Source: an uncultured Chloroflexia bacterium
Lineage (GTDB): Bacteria > Chloroflexota > Limnocylindria > Limnocylindrales > CSP1-4
Reading direction: 5' to 3'
DNA length: 64,000 nucleotides
Assembly: GCA_963748625.1 (NCBI GenBank)
Contig: CAVVJT010000004.1
Coordinates: forward strand, 384,001-448,000
The position numbers and the translations under genes were made by a program. This document shows positions 37,132 through 47,119 of the stretch, piece after piece. Under the pieces are notes generated by a model. That model worked only from the letters and a program-made list of their open reading frames with translations. It did not search any database and was not told where the DNA came from. The stretch's first letter is position 1. The number at the start of each line of letters is the position of its first letter.

Positions 37132-39345
37132 GTGGTCGCCTCACAGCTCGCCGGGCACCGGTACATGCCCGAGGTCGAGGGACTGCGTGCCGTTGCGGCA
37201 GTCCTCGTCGCCGTCTACCACGTGTTCCTGGGGCGCGTGTCCGGCGGCGTCGACGTCTTCTTCGTGATCGCAGGCTTCCTGATCACGACGTCCCTCGTCG
37301 CCCAGGCGACGGGCGATGACGGCGTGCGCGCGGGCCGTTACCTCGGACGCCTGATGGTCCGCCTGCTGCCCGTCGCGTTGCTCGTGCTCGCATTCGTGAT
37401 CGCCGGGATCTTCCTGTGGATGCCCGCGACGCGCCACGGATCGATGCTTGCAGAGGTCGCGGCGTCCGCCCTCTACGTCGAGAACTGGGCGCTCGCCGCC
37501 AAGGCGGTCGACTATGCGGCCAGGGAGGAGATCAAGAGCCCGGTCCAGCACTTCTGGGCAATGGCCGTCCAAGGGCAGTTCTACCTGATCTGGCTGCTCC
37601 TGGCGGGCCTGATCGGTCTGGCGGCGGGACCACGGCGCTTCCGGCGGCTGTTCGGTGCTGCCCTGTGCCTGCTCTTCGCGGCATCCCTCGCCTGGTCGGT
37701 CCTCCTGACCGCGGACAACCAGCCACTGGCCTACTTCCACACGGGCGTGCGGGTCTGGGAGTTCGCGGCGGGCGGCCTGCTCGCCCTCGCGATCGGGCCG
37801 ATACGGGCGCGCCTCGATCGAGCCGGCCAAGCGGGATCCGCACTCTGTGGGATCGCAGGCTGGACCGGCCTGGCGCTCGTCGTGAGCTGCGGGCTGGTCC
37901 TGAGCGTCTCACGGCAGTTTCCCGGGGTGGCGGCGCTCTGGCCGGTGGCGGGTGCGCTGCTCGTCGTGATCGCATCAGGCCGATGCGGGCAATTCGGCGT
38001 GGGGCGTCTGCTGGCGTCGCGGCCCTTCGTGTTCGTCGGCGGCGTTGCCTACGCCCTGTACCTGTGGCACTGGCCGGTGCTGACGTTCGTCCGGAGCGCC
38101 AACCCGTCGGGTGAGGTCGGCCTCCGCGCCGGCGTGTTGGTCCTCGCCGTGTCGTTCGTGCTCGCGGTGGTGACCACCAGGATTGTCGAGCAGCCGATCC
38201 GCCTCCGGCTGGCGGTGACGCCGCACCCCTGGCGGGCGGTGGCCGGGGGCGCGGCTGCCCTGGTGCTCGTCGCATCGGTGTCCATGACGCTCGACCGGCT
38301 GGCGAGCGGCTCCCCGGCCTCGGCGGCCACGGCGGGCACGCCGGCCGTCGATGACGAAGGCCTGGCGGTCGAGCCGGAGGATCTCGAGGGCGTGCCGGCG
38401 ATTGGCGCCGGGGCCGTTGTCGCGGGCGGCGGACAGCACACGCCAGCGCCTGGAGCCGGCACGCCTGGACCGTCCGGCTCGGCAGGGATACCGGGCGGCA
38501 GCGCAACGCCAACGGTTACCGCGGCACCTGGAATGCCGGCCGGCGGGATCACGCAGGCCCGCTCTGAGGGTCCCTTCGTCCCGACCGCGCTCGAGGCCGG
38601 CGAGGACATGGCGGCGCTCAATCGCGAGGACTGCCAGCAGAAGATCGACAGGCCCGATCTTGTCATCTGCGAGCGCGGGGCAATTGGCGGCCAGAAGACG
38701 GCGATGCTCATCGGCGGCAGCCACGCGGCCCACTGGTACCCAGCAGTCAACGCCATTGCCAGGAGACGTGACTGGCGGCTGGTCACGGGCGTCAAGGCAG
38801 GGTGCAGGATCACGCTGAGTCGTGAGTTCAGCGAGGACGGCGAGGCGCAGTCCTGCAAGGCGTGGCTGGACGAGCTGCTGAGCTACATCGAGCACAACCC
38901 GCCCGACTTCATCATCACCACGGGGACCGCGACGAGCCCACGCGACGAATGGGTTCCCGAGGGGTACACCGACATCTGGAGGATGCTGGGTGCGAAGGGC
39001 ATTCCGGTGATCGCCATCCGCGACACCCCGCGGGCGCCGTTCGACCGAGTGGACTGCCTGGCGCTCCATGGTGCGGAGCCCTGGGCGTGCGACATCGAGC
39101 GCGAGCCCACCCTCGACCGCGAGAACCCCATGCTCCTGCTGGAGGATCTGCCATCCAACGTCATCCCGGTTGATGTGAACGCGTGGCTGTGCTCGACCAA
39201 CGCCTGCCCCGCGGTCGTGGGGCATGTCACCGTGTACCGGGACGCCCACCATCTCACCGCCACCTACTCCCGCACACTGGCACCGATGCTGGCGGCCCAG
39301 ATCCCCAAGGATCCCCAGTCCGTCATCGCGGCAACCGGCCAATGA
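37132..39345 (+). CDS. Acyltransferase_3 + SGNH domain O-acyltransferase (OatA/OafA-like)
   Basis: EGLRAVA...YH, GGVDVFFVIAGFLIT, HFWAMAVQGQFY, YLWHWP; SGNH GGSHA and YRDAHH. Confidence 0.9.
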   Translation: MVASQLAGHRYMPEVEGLRAVAAVLVAVYHVFLGRVSGGVDVFFVIAGFLITTSLVAQATGDDGVRAGRYLGRLMVRLLPVALLVLAFVIAGIFLWMPATRHGSMLAEVAASALYVENWALAAKAVDYAAREEIKSPVQHFWAMAVQGQFYLIWLLLAGLIGLAAGPRRFRRLFGAALCLLFAASLAWSVLLTADNQPLAYFHTGVRVWEFAAGGLLALAIGPIRARLDRAGQAGSALCGIAGWTGLALVVSCGLVLSVSRQFPGVAALWPVAGALLVVIASGRCGQFGVGRLLASRPFVFVGGVAYALYLWHWPVLTFVRSANPSGEVGLRAGVLVLAVSFVLAVVTTRIVEQPIRLRLAVTPHPWRAVAGGAAALVLVASVSMTLDRLASGSPASAATAGTPAVDDEGLAVEPEDLEGVPAIGAGAVVAGGGQHTPAPGAGTPGPSGSAGIPGGSATPTVTAAPGMPAGGITQARSEGPFVPTALEAGEDMAALNREDCQQKIDRPDLVICERGAIGGQKTAMLIGGSHAAHWYPAVNAIARRRDWRLVTGVKAGCRITLSREFSEDGEAQSCKAWLDELLSYIEHNPPDFIITTGTATSPRDEWVPEGYTDIWRMLGAKGIPVIAIRDTPRAPFDRVDCLALHGAEPWACDIEREPTLDRENPMLLLEDLPSNVIPVDVNAWLCSTNACPAVVGHVTVYRDAHHLTATYSRTLAPMLAAQIPKDPQSVIAATGQ

Positions 39346-39376
39346 ACGCCAGCACCACATGCACGTTGAGGGGACG

Positions 39377-40330
39377 ATGATGCCTGACCGCAGCCGCAGC
39401 GCCTGGCGGGCGCTGACCACCGCCCTGGTCCTTGCCGGGGTCACGGCGATGACCGTTGAAGCCGCGCCGCGACCGGGCGCCGGCGCCCCGGACGATGCCT
39501 GGCAGCAGGCGATGCCCGGCGTGACGCTGCCTCGACCCAGCGAACCCGGTGAGGCCCGCCCGGCCTCAGCACCACAGCCCCCGACGGGCGAATACAACCC
39601 GACGCTCGGTGCGGCAGCTGGCGACGTAGCGGCGCTGAACCGCGCAGGGTGCCAGCAGAGCCTGACCGGGTTCAAGCTCATCGTCTGCGTCCGCGGCGAC
39701 ACGGGCGGCAGGCGCACGGCACTGCTGGCCGGCGGGAGCCATGCCACCCACCTGTATCCGCCGGTCAACCGCATCGCACGCGAGCGGGGCTGGCGCCTCC
39801 TCACGGCGGTCAAGGCAGGCTGTCGCCTGGACCTGGACCAGGTCTTCACCTCCAGCACCCGGGATCGCTCGTGCAAGGCCTGGCTGGATGCCCTGGTCGC
39901 CCGGATCAAGCGGGATCCGCCCTACGTCTTCATCACCACCGGGACGATCACGTCGACCTCAGGGGAGCGCCTGCCCTCCGGCTACATCCGGTTGTGGAGG
40001 CTGCTCAACCGGCTCGGTGTCAAGGTCATCGCCATCCGTGACACGCCGCGTACGACCTTTGACCGTGTCACCTGCCTGCGTGATCATCCCCGCCACCCGG
40101 AGGCCTGCGAGATCGTGCGCGATGCGTCCCTGGATGCCACGAGCCCCCTCGTGCGGCGAGAGGATGAGTTGCCCGGCAATGTCGTGGCGGTGGATCTGAC
40201 CGAGGCCGTCTGCACCGACACGATCTGTCCCGCGGTCTCGGGGAGCTACGTGATGTACCGGGACAGACACCACTTCACGGCGACCTTCGCGCGGACGCTT
40301 ACCTCGCCCCTCCGCGCCCAGATCCCCTAG
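39377..40330 (+). CDS. Secreted stand-alone SGNH hydrolase-like protein, paralog of the upstream SGNH domain
   Basis: Signal peptide; GGSHATH, VKAGCR, AIRDTPR, YRDRHHFT align with the C-terminus of the upstream protein. Confidence 0.85.
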   Translation: MMPDRSRSAWRALTTALVLAGVTAMTVEAAPRPGAGAPDDAWQQAMPGVTLPRPSEPGEARPASAPQPPTGEYNPTLGAAAGDVAALNRAGCQQSLTGFKLIVCVRGDTGGRRTALLAGGSHATHLYPPVNRIARERGWRLLTAVKAGCRLDLDQVFTSSTRDRSCKAWLDALVARIKRDPPYVFITTGTITSTSGERLPSGYIRLWRLLNRLGVKVIAIRDTPRTTFDRVTCLRDHPRHPEACEIVRDASLDATSPLVRREDELPGNVVAVDLTEAVCTDTICPAVSGSYVMYRDRHHFTATFARTLTSPLRAQIP

Positions 40331-40468
40331 CGGGAACACGGGGGCAGCAGCGCTCCGCCCAATCGCGTGATTGCGGGGGCGGCGTAGAATCGAGGTGTCC
40401 GCTGCGACGGCGATCGAGCGTGGCTCCGCGCTCTTGCACGTCCGCCGGCGGCATCGGGCAGGTGCGGT

Positions 40469-40933
40469 ATGGACCAGGTCGTCAAGCCGGACGCTCCATT
40501 CGGGATCGACCGGGCGGGCGCTGGTTGGCGCCGCCTCGACGGTCCCTCCCTGGCGTCCTCCGACGCATGCCGCATGGCCCTCGCCGTGTACGAGCGCGCC
40601 TACCGCATGTGCCGTGAGATGGAGCCCGACGTGGGCTTCGCGGAGCGGTTCACCGCCGGGCGACGATCGCTCGACGCCCGGCGCCGCGCGCACGCGTGGA
40701 CACTTTCCGTCGAGCGCATGGCGGCGGTCGAGGCGTTGCTCGACCAGATCACGCAGGCGTCCGCAGACCAGGCAGGGGACTGGATGGACCGCTTCCCCCG
40801 GGTCTTCATGGGGATCCTCGAACGGAGGACCAGTCAGGGCACGCTGCCCGATGTGCCGGGTCGCCGCTTCAACGAACGGGCCCCCACGCCCCAGCCGACG
40901 GCACGGATTCCGATGCGGGTCGTCTTGGACTAG
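40469..40933 (+). CDS. Hypothetical protein
   Basis: 154-aa ORF with GC3-rich codon usage filling the gap; TAGAAT -10-like box at 40385. Start uncertain. Confidence 0.6.
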   Translation: MDQVVKPDAPFGIDRAGAGWRRLDGPSLASSDACRMALAVYERAYRMCREMEPDVGFAERFTAGRRSLDARRRAHAWTLSVERMAAVEALLDQITQASADQAGDWMDRFPRVFMGILERRTSQGTLPDVPGRRFNERAPTPQPTARIPMRVVLD

Positions 40934-40975
40934 GTGGCGTTCCCCGGGGTTTGCGTGGCAAGCGGACCGCCAAGG

Positions 40976-41881
40976 CTACGGGTCGAAGCGAACCGCCAGG
41001 TAGCCGACCGTGCGATCGCGCGGGCCGCCGGCATCGGCGGAGGTGGCGGCGGCGAGCACGGTCCCCGTCTGCGCACCCATTGCATGCAGGGCGGCCAGGC
41101 CCAGGACCGCGGGCTCGATCCCGCACATGCCGCAGGCCACGCCTCGCAGGCGGGCCGAGCGAAGGTCCTCCTCGCGCGCCGCCAGGCCTGCTGCATCGAT
41201 CCGCAGGATGGCCGGGAGGTGGTCGCGGGTCACCCGCTCGCAAACGTCCGCCGCCGGGTAGTGCGCCATGTCCGTGCTGATCGCCAGCAGGATCCGGGCA
41301 CCATCGGCACGACGCCTGGCGAGGAGCGCCCCCAGCCGCGCACCAGCCGCAATGGCTTCGGGACCGGTACCGGTGCCGACAGCCAGCGGCACGATCAGGG
41401 CGCCCGGCGCGATGCCGGCCAGGACCGGCAACTGGACCTCGATCGAGTGCTCGCCCTGGTGCGCCTCGGGGTCGGCAATGAACGGGAACCCCAGGTCGAT
41501 GACGGCGGCGGCGAGATCCTCGTCCACCTCCGTCACGCCGGCCGGGGTGTCCCAGCCGCCCGTGGGCCAGGCAGCGACACCGCGGAGCCACGGCGCGACG
41601 TGGTTGGTGCCCAGGATGACGACCGTGATCGGCCGCTCATCGTCCACCACGCGGAGCATGGTCCAGCCCGCGGCCGCCACCAGCCCGGAGTAGACGAGGC
41701 CCGCGTGTGGCACCAGGATGCCCAGCGGCTCGGGGCGACTCTCGACATGGTCGACGGCCACCGCCGGCAGGGCGGCAGCCGAGCCCAGGAGGCCGCCGAC
41801 GAGCTCTTCGAGATCGGCGTGGTCATCGGGATAGAAGCTGCCGGCGACCGCCGGCCAGCGGATTCCTCCGGGGCGTGTCAC
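40976..41881 (-). CDS. amrB: AmmeMemoRadiSam system protein B (MEMO1 family)
   Basis: PAVAGSFYP, PHAGLVYSG, GTNH, EHSIEVQLP, STDMAHY, CG, VGY. Confidence 0.92.
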   Translation of the reverse strand: MTRPGGIRWPAVAGSFYPDDHADLEELVGGLLGSAAALPAVAVDHVESRPEPLGILVPHAGLVYSGLVAAAGWTMLRVVDDERPITVVILGTNHVAPWLRGVAAWPTGGWDTPAGVTEVDEDLAAAVIDLGFPFIADPEAHQGEHSIEVQLPVLAGIAPGALIVPLAVGTGTGPEAIAAGARLGALLARRRADGARILLAISTDMAHYPAADVCERVTRDHLPAILRIDAAGLAAREEDLRSARLRGVACGMCGIEPAVLGLAALHAMGAQTGTVLAAATSADAGGPRDRTVGYLAVRFDP

Positions 41882-42954
41882 GGGCCTTCCCTCCTGTCGC
41901 TTCGGACCGGCGCGGGCCAGCGTCCCTCGAGGACTCTGCCGCACCTGGGGCACGCCCCGCCCGGGCCAAGGACGGACGAGCAGCGGTAGCCCCGCCGCTC
42001 CACGAGGAGCAGGCCGCAACCCACGCACGCCGTGTCCTCCAGTCGGACATCGGGCGCATTGCCCACGTAGACGTGCTGGAGGCCTGCCTCGCGCCCGATC
42101 CCGGCGGCACGCCGCAGGGTGGCGGCAGGCGTGGGCGGGACGTCGCGCATGCGGTAGGCGGGGAAGAACCGCGAGACGTGCCACGGGACGTGGGGCCCCA
42201 GCGTGTCCACGATCCAGCCGGTCAGGTCGCGCAGTTCGGCATCGGAGTCGTTGTGGCCCGGGATGACCAGCGTGGTCAGCTCCAGCCAGACGCCCGCGCG
42301 GGCGTAGGCCATGATGGCGTCGAGGACCGGCGCCAGCGTGGCGCCGCAGAAGCGCCGGTAGAACCGGTCGTCGAAGGCCTTGAGGTCCACGTTGGCAGCA
42401 TCCAGCACCGGCGCCAGGAGCCCGATCGCCTCCGGCGTGGCGTAGCCGTCGGTGATGAACAGGTTGCGCAGCCCTGCCCTCCGCGCGAGACGACCGATCT
42501 CGAGCGCGTACTCGAGGAAGACCGTGGGCTCCACGTAGGTGTAGGCGATCGATGACGCACCTGACGCGAGCGCCTCCTCGACGAGGCGGGCCGGCGGCAG
42601 GACGCGCTGCGGAACCTCCAGGCCCAGGCGAGGTGCCTGCGCGATCTCCCAGTTCTGGCAGAACGTGCAGTGGAAGGGGCAGCCGGCCGTCGCCACCGAG
42701 AACGCGAGGGAGCCCGGATCAACGTGGTAGAGCGGCTTCTTCTCGATCGGATCGACCGATGCCGCGACGACCGCGCCGTACGCCGAGCACCACAGCATCC
42801 CGTCACGGTTCTCGCGGACCCCGCAGATCCCGCTCCGGCCGGGCCGCACCAGGCAGCGGTGGGCGCACACACCACAGCGGACGCTACCATCGGCCTCGAG
42901 CGTGGCGAGGACGGTGGGCGTCTCCGGGAACTGGATCGGCTGCGGCAGTGGCAT
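41878..42954 (-). CDS. amrS: AmmeMemoRadiSam system radical SAM enzyme
   Basis: CGVCAHRC, GICGVR, DPIEKKPLYH, GCPFHCTFCQNWEI, YTYVEP, WHVSRFFP, VYVGN. Confidence 0.93.
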   Translation of the reverse strand: MPLPQPIQFPETPTVLATLEADGSVRCGVCAHRCLVRPGRSGICGVRENRDGMLWCSAYGAVVAASVDPIEKKPLYHVDPGSLAFSVATAGCPFHCTFCQNWEIAQAPRLGLEVPQRVLPPARLVEEALASGASSIAYTYVEPTVFLEYALEIGRLARRAGLRNLFITDGYATPEAIGLLAPVLDAANVDLKAFDDRFYRRFCGATLAPVLDAIMAYARAGVWLELTTLVIPGHNDSDAELRDLTGWIVDTLGPHVPWHVSRFFPAYRMRDVPPTPAATLRRAAGIGREAGLQHVYVGNAPDVRLEDTACVGCGLLLVERRGYRCSSVLGPGGACPRCGRVLEGRWPAPVRSDRREGP

Positions 42955-43079
42955 AGGCACCGCGGCCAGTCTGGTCCGGCGCCAGCCGCCTGCCAATGGT
43001 CGTCAGGACCGGAATCGGGCCGATTGCCACCTGTACCGGTATGCCTGAACGGGGAGGATGCCGGACGGAGGAGCCGCCC

Positions 43080-43673
43080 ATGACCGCATCGTCATCAGGC
43101 CTGCCCGGGCCTGTCACCGTGAGCGAGCCGGACCAGACCCGCCTGCTGGGGCTCGCGCGCGTGGCCGTCGCAGTGGCGTCTGGAGCGGCGGCCCAGGACG
43201 CGCTGGACGCGGCGATCGCGTCGGGCCCGCTTCCCTCCTTCCCGGCAGCGGCCTTCGTCACCCTGCTCGAGGACGGTGATCTCCGCGGCTGCATGGGCAC
43301 GCTGGACCCGGATGGGGAGGCGTGGTCGGCCGTCGTGGAGACGGCGGGCTGGGCCGCCCAGCGCGATCCGCGCTTCCCACCGCTCGACCGTGCGGAGCTG
43401 GCGGCGCTCGAGATCGACGTGTCGATCCTGGGACCACTGGTCCCGCTGGAGGATCCGGCCGCGTTCCGGCCCGGCATCGACGGCATCGTCATCAGCCGGG
43501 ACGGTCGCCGGGGACTCCTGCTGCCGGAGGTCGCGGACGACGTGGGCCACGGGCCGACCGACATGCTCGACGCGGTGTGCCGCAAGGCGGGCCTGCCGCG
43601 CACGGCATGGCAGGACGCCAGGTCGAAGCTGTGGGTGTTCCGCACGCTGCGCTTCGGCGGGCCGGCGGCCTGA
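43080..43673 (+). CDS. amrA: AmmeMemoRadiSam system protein A (AMMECR1 family)
   Basis: AFVTL...LRGCMG, DPRFPP, IDVSIL, GLLLPEV, CRKAG. Confidence 0.92.
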   Translation: MTASSSGLPGPVTVSEPDQTRLLGLARVAVAVASGAAAQDALDAAIASGPLPSFPAAAFVTLLEDGDLRGCMGTLDPDGEAWSAVVETAGWAAQRDPRFPPLDRAELAALEIDVSILGPLVPLEDPAAFRPGIDGIVISRDGRRGLLLPEVADDVGHGPTDMLDAVCRKAGLPRTAWQDARSKLWVFRTLRFGGPAA

Positions 43674-43700
43674 CGGGTTGCGCGGGGCGAGTTCGCGGTC

Positions 43701-43813
43701 TGCCCCACGTGAGGGGCGAATCGGAGGGTCGTGAGCGTGGTCCGGGCGCGAAACCCGTGGTTTCGTACCCGGGGCGTGCGTGGACGGGCGCACAACGCCC
43801 CACACGTGGGGCA
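43701..43813. repeat. Long imperfect palindrome with 18-bp terminal inverted repeats (MITE/REP-like)
   Basis: TGCCCCACGTGAGGGGCG (43701-43718) versus CGCCCCACACGTGGGGCA (43796-43813), one mismatch; internal stem CGAAACC-cgt-GGTTTCG. Confidence 0.6.
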
Positions 43814-43908
43814 CGCCGGTGTTGCGTTGGGCGCGCGAGGTGCTGGATGGATCGCGCCCGCGCTGCGTGGCTCGGCACCCTACGATGGTCCCGAGGAGGC
43901 AGGCGCAG

Positions 43909-44835
43909 ATGACGATGCGGTTCGGGGCGGCGTTCTGGGCCCAGCGCACGGGCTGGTCGGAGATGCGCGAGGTGGCGATCCGCGCGGAGGCCGCGGGCTT
44001 CGACGACGTCTGGATCGACGACCACCTGCTCACCGACGAGGGCGACTGGACCGATCCCAAGCTCGAGGCCTGGACGACAATCGCGGCAGTCGCGGCGGTC
44101 ACATCGCGGGTGCGGCTGGGGCACCTGGTGTCAGCCAACACGTTCCGCAACCCCGGCCTCCTGGCCAAGATGGCGACGACCGTGGACCACATCTCGGACG
44201 GGCGCCTGGTCCTAGGGCTTGGCGCCGGCTGGTTCGAGCGCGAGCACGAGGCGTTCGGGCTCGACTTCGGGAGCGGCATCGGCGAGCGGCTCGACCGGCT
44301 GGTGGAGGCGGTCCCGCTGCTGCGCCGCCTCCTCGACGGCGAGACGGTCACCCACGACGGCCGCTTCTACACGTTCCGTGAGGCCGTCTGCGCGCCCCAC
44401 CCGGTCCAGGCGCACCTGCCGATCCTGGTGGGCGGCTCCGGGCCACGCAAGACCCTGCCGCTGGTCGCGCGCTCCGCCGACATGTGGAACTGCTACGGAA
44501 CGCCCGAGGAGGTCGCCGCTGCCGATGCCATCCTCCGCGACGCCTGCACGGCGGCCGGCCGTGACGAACGGGAGATCGAGCGCACGTTCGACGTCAACGT
44601 GGTGATCCGCTCCTCGCGGGAGGCGGCCGAGGCCGCGTGGCGGGGCTGGTCCGAGGCGCACCAGCCGCAGGACGGCGAGGGGGAGCTCGATGCCGGCGGC
44701 ACCGTGGACGATGTGGCCGCGGTGCTTGCACGCTACCGGGACGTGGGGTTCGCCCACCCGATCATGATCTTCCGAACGCCGTGGGACCTCGAGACGATCG
44801 AGCGCCTGCCCGACCTGCGCGCCGCGCTGGGATAG
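43909..44835 (+). CDS. LLM class flavin/F420-dependent oxidoreductase
   Basis: GFDDVWIDDH, FRNPGLLAKMATTVDHISDGRLVLGLGAGW, ILVGGSG. Confidence 0.9.
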   Translation: MTMRFGAAFWAQRTGWSEMREVAIRAEAAGFDDVWIDDHLLTDEGDWTDPKLEAWTTIAAVAAVTSRVRLGHLVSANTFRNPGLLAKMATTVDHISDGRLVLGLGAGWFEREHEAFGLDFGSGIGERLDRLVEAVPLLRRLLDGETVTHDGRFYTFREAVCAPHPVQAHLPILVGGSGPRKTLPLVARSADMWNCYGTPEEVAAADAILRDACTAAGRDEREIERTFDVNVVIRSSREAAEAAWRGWSEAHQPQDGEGELDAGGTVDDVAAVLARYRDVGFAHPIMIFRTPWDLETIERLPDLRAALG

Positions 44836-44844
44836 GCTGCGTCC

Positions 44845-45159
44845 ATGCATCGCCTGACCGTTCTCCTGCTCGCCGTCCTGGTGACCAGCCTGCTGGCCGG
44901 ATGCTCGCCCGCGCTCACCCGGGAGCAGGCGCAGGAGAAGGCGATCGCCGCGTTCGCCGCCCCCGACGCGCATGAGGGGCCGGTCCAGGACGTGATGGTG
45001 CTCGGGGCGACCGAGACGACCCGAACCGGGTATCGCGGGTGGGACTTCCGGCTCTCCGGCCTGATCGTGCTGCCCGGCCTTCCCGAGGGCATGCTCGTGA
45101 CGGAGACGCTGTTCGTGACCGCAGACGATGGCAGCGTCAGCGTCGTCGGGCAGGGGTAG
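44845..45159 (+). CDS. Small lipoprotein (PepSY-like)
   Basis: Lipobox LLAGC; LTREQAQEKA...LFVTADDGSV. Confidence 0.7.
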   Translation: MHRLTVLLLAVLVTSLLAGCSPALTREQAQEKAIAAFAAPDAHEGPVQDVMVLGATETTRTGYRGWDFRLSGLIVLPGLPEGMLVTETLFVTADDGSVSVVGQG

Positions 45160-45184
45160 CGCGTCGGTGTACGGGCGGCCGGTG

Positions 45185-45481
45185 ATGGCACTGCTGGGGC
45201 TGGTGTTCGCGCTGGTCGTCGCCGCCTGCAGCGGGGGCGTGTCGGACGCGCAGGCGCGCAAGATTGCGGCCCAGTGGTTCTCCGATGCCGAGAAGGCCGC
45301 CGGTGAGGTGGCGCGCGAGGTCAAGACCAGCGACCCGCTCAAGGCGGACATGAACGGGGTTGCCGGCTGGGAGGTCCAGGTGTCGGGCACGGAGGACTCG
45401 ACCGGCGCCCTGAAGATCGTCTACGTGTTCGTGGACGCCGCGACAGGCGAGGTCACGAAGATGGGCGAGGGCGTCGAGTAG
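45185..45481 (+). CDS. Small lipoprotein (PepSY-like)
   Basis: Lipobox VVAAC; VSDAQARKIA...WEV...VFVDAATGEV. Start may be a few codons upstream. Confidence 0.7.
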   Translation: MALLGLVFALVVAACSGGVSDAQARKIAAQWFSDAEKAAGEVAREVKTSDPLKADMNGVAGWEVQVSGTEDSTGALKIVYVFVDAATGEVTKMGEGVE

Positions 45482-45554
45482 CAGCGGGACGGGGGTTCGC
45501 GTCACATTGGGGGCCGGCAGACCGCCGGCGGCAGGCGTCCCGGAGGCAGCGGAC

Positions 45555-47093
45555 ATGTGCCCGACGAGCGCGTGGCGGGTGGGCTGCATGGCCGTCGTCG
45601 CGGCGCTGGCCATTGCCGCGTGCGGATCGGAGGCGGCGACACCCACCCCTCCCCCATCTCCTTCGATGACGCCAATGGGGACCCAGCCGGTCACGATCGA
45701 TCCGACGCCCGTCGCCGTCCCATCGGTCACGTCGCCGTTCGAAGAGCCGCTCCTCGCGCCCACGTGGGCGCCCGCCCAGCTGCCGGCCGAAACGGGCACG
45801 GTGCACATCGCAGCCGGTGCGGACGGCGACCTGTACGTCCTCGTTGACGAGCCCAAGGTTCTTGCCGACGGTCCTCCCTCCAGGGCCACCTTTGCGCGGC
45901 TCGATCCGGCGGGCGGCATACGGCCGGGCTGGCCGGTCAGCGTGGACGGATGGTTCTGCGCCTGGGAGTGGGGCGAAACCCGGCCGCTGGGCCCGCTGGT
46001 CGCAACGGACGGCTCGGTCCGTGCGCTGTGCACCTCCGACGAGGAGACCACCACACCCGACGGGGAGGTCGGCTTGCCGCTGAGGATCGCTGTCGGGCTC
46101 GCGGCCGATGGCAGTCCCCTCAATGGATGGCCGGTGGACCTTCGCGGGACCGGATGGCATACGCCAGCCGTGATCGACGGCACCACGCTCGTCGTCGCCG
46201 CGAACGTCACGCTGACCGATGCCCAGGGGAACGGCACGGGATCGGACGTGTGGGTTGTGGCCATCGGCGGTGACGGCACGCGCCGGGACAGTCCGCACCT
46301 GGACGCGACAAGGTTCGTCTGGCCGGTGCTGGGTCCCGATGGCATCGCGCGGATGGTCAGCTTCGCCGCCGACGGCATGCTGCTGGCCATGACGCTCGAG
46401 GGTGTTGTCGACGGGTGGCCCGCGACGCTGGGTCCCGGCATGTCGGGGCCCGCGGCGGGACCGGACGGCACGACCGTCGCCGCCATCGTGACCGGCTCGA
46501 CGACGAGGACGGTGATCCTCGATCCTCGGGGTGTCGAGCTCGACTCGGGCTCCGATGCCCTGCGGGTGGTCCAGTCTCCCGAGTGGAGCGGGGCCGGCCC
46601 GCACGGTGGCCCGGCGATCCCGCTCGTCGCGTCGGACGGCACCGTCTACCTGCTCGAGCAGCGCGACGATGAGTTCACCGTCATGGCGATCGACCGGGCC
46701 GGGCAGGTGCTCGCGGGGTTCCCGGTCTCGCTGCCCGGGCAGCTCGAGGAACAGGGCCGGTGCGACCGCGAGGAAACGGGCTGTGGCGTGTGGACTGTGC
46801 AGCCGGCGTTGGCCCCGGACGGCACCGTCTACCTGGCGCTCCGACGTGCAGGACAGGGGGCGTCAGGCTCGCTGGTGGCGATCACCCGCAGCGGCGGCCT
46901 GGTCTCCAACTGGCCGGTGCTCGCCGGCGATGCCCGCGAGGCAATCCGCGATCTCAAGGTCGGTCCTGACGGCACGGTGTTCGCCGTCGTCGTCGATCGG
47001 GCCGCCGAGCCCAGGTCGTGGAGCGTGCTCGCGTTGCGCCCGGACGGGTCCGAGATCTACCGGACGCAACTCGTGGTATCAGACCGCCAGTGA
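45555..47093 (+). CDS. Lipoprotein with beta-propeller-like GWPV repeats
   Basis: Lipobox AIAAC, Pro/Thr linker, repeated PGWPV/NGWPV/DGWPA/AGFPV/SNWPV and DGTVY units. Confidence 0.7.
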   Translation: MCPTSAWRVGCMAVVAALAIAACGSEAATPTPPPSPSMTPMGTQPVTIDPTPVAVPSVTSPFEEPLLAPTWAPAQLPAETGTVHIAAGADGDLYVLVDEPKVLADGPPSRATFARLDPAGGIRPGWPVSVDGWFCAWEWGETRPLGPLVATDGSVRALCTSDEETTTPDGEVGLPLRIAVGLAADGSPLNGWPVDLRGTGWHTPAVIDGTTLVVAANVTLTDAQGNGTGSDVWVVAIGGDGTRRDSPHLDATRFVWPVLGPDGIARMVSFAADGMLLAMTLEGVVDGWPATLGPGMSGPAAGPDGTTVAAIVTGSTTRTVILDPRGVELDSGSDALRVVQSPEWSGAGPHGGPAIPLVASDGTVYLLEQRDDEFTVMAIDRAGQVLAGFPVSLPGQLEEQGRCDREETGCGVWTVQPALAPDGTVYLALRRAGQGASGSLVAITRSGGLVSNWPVLAGDAREAIRDLKVGPDGTVFAVVVDRAAEPRSWSVLALRPDGSEIYRTQLVVSDRQ

Positions 47094-47119
47094 CGAGGTC
47101 GCCACGACGTACGGGTTGT

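Noticed and set aside
40390-40465. SAH riboswitch (GAGG...CGCTGCGACGG resemblance)
   Set aside because: The GAGGAGCGCTGC and CAGGCTC elements are not properly matched, and the downstream gene is not ahcY/metH. The segment may simply be coding or leader sequence.
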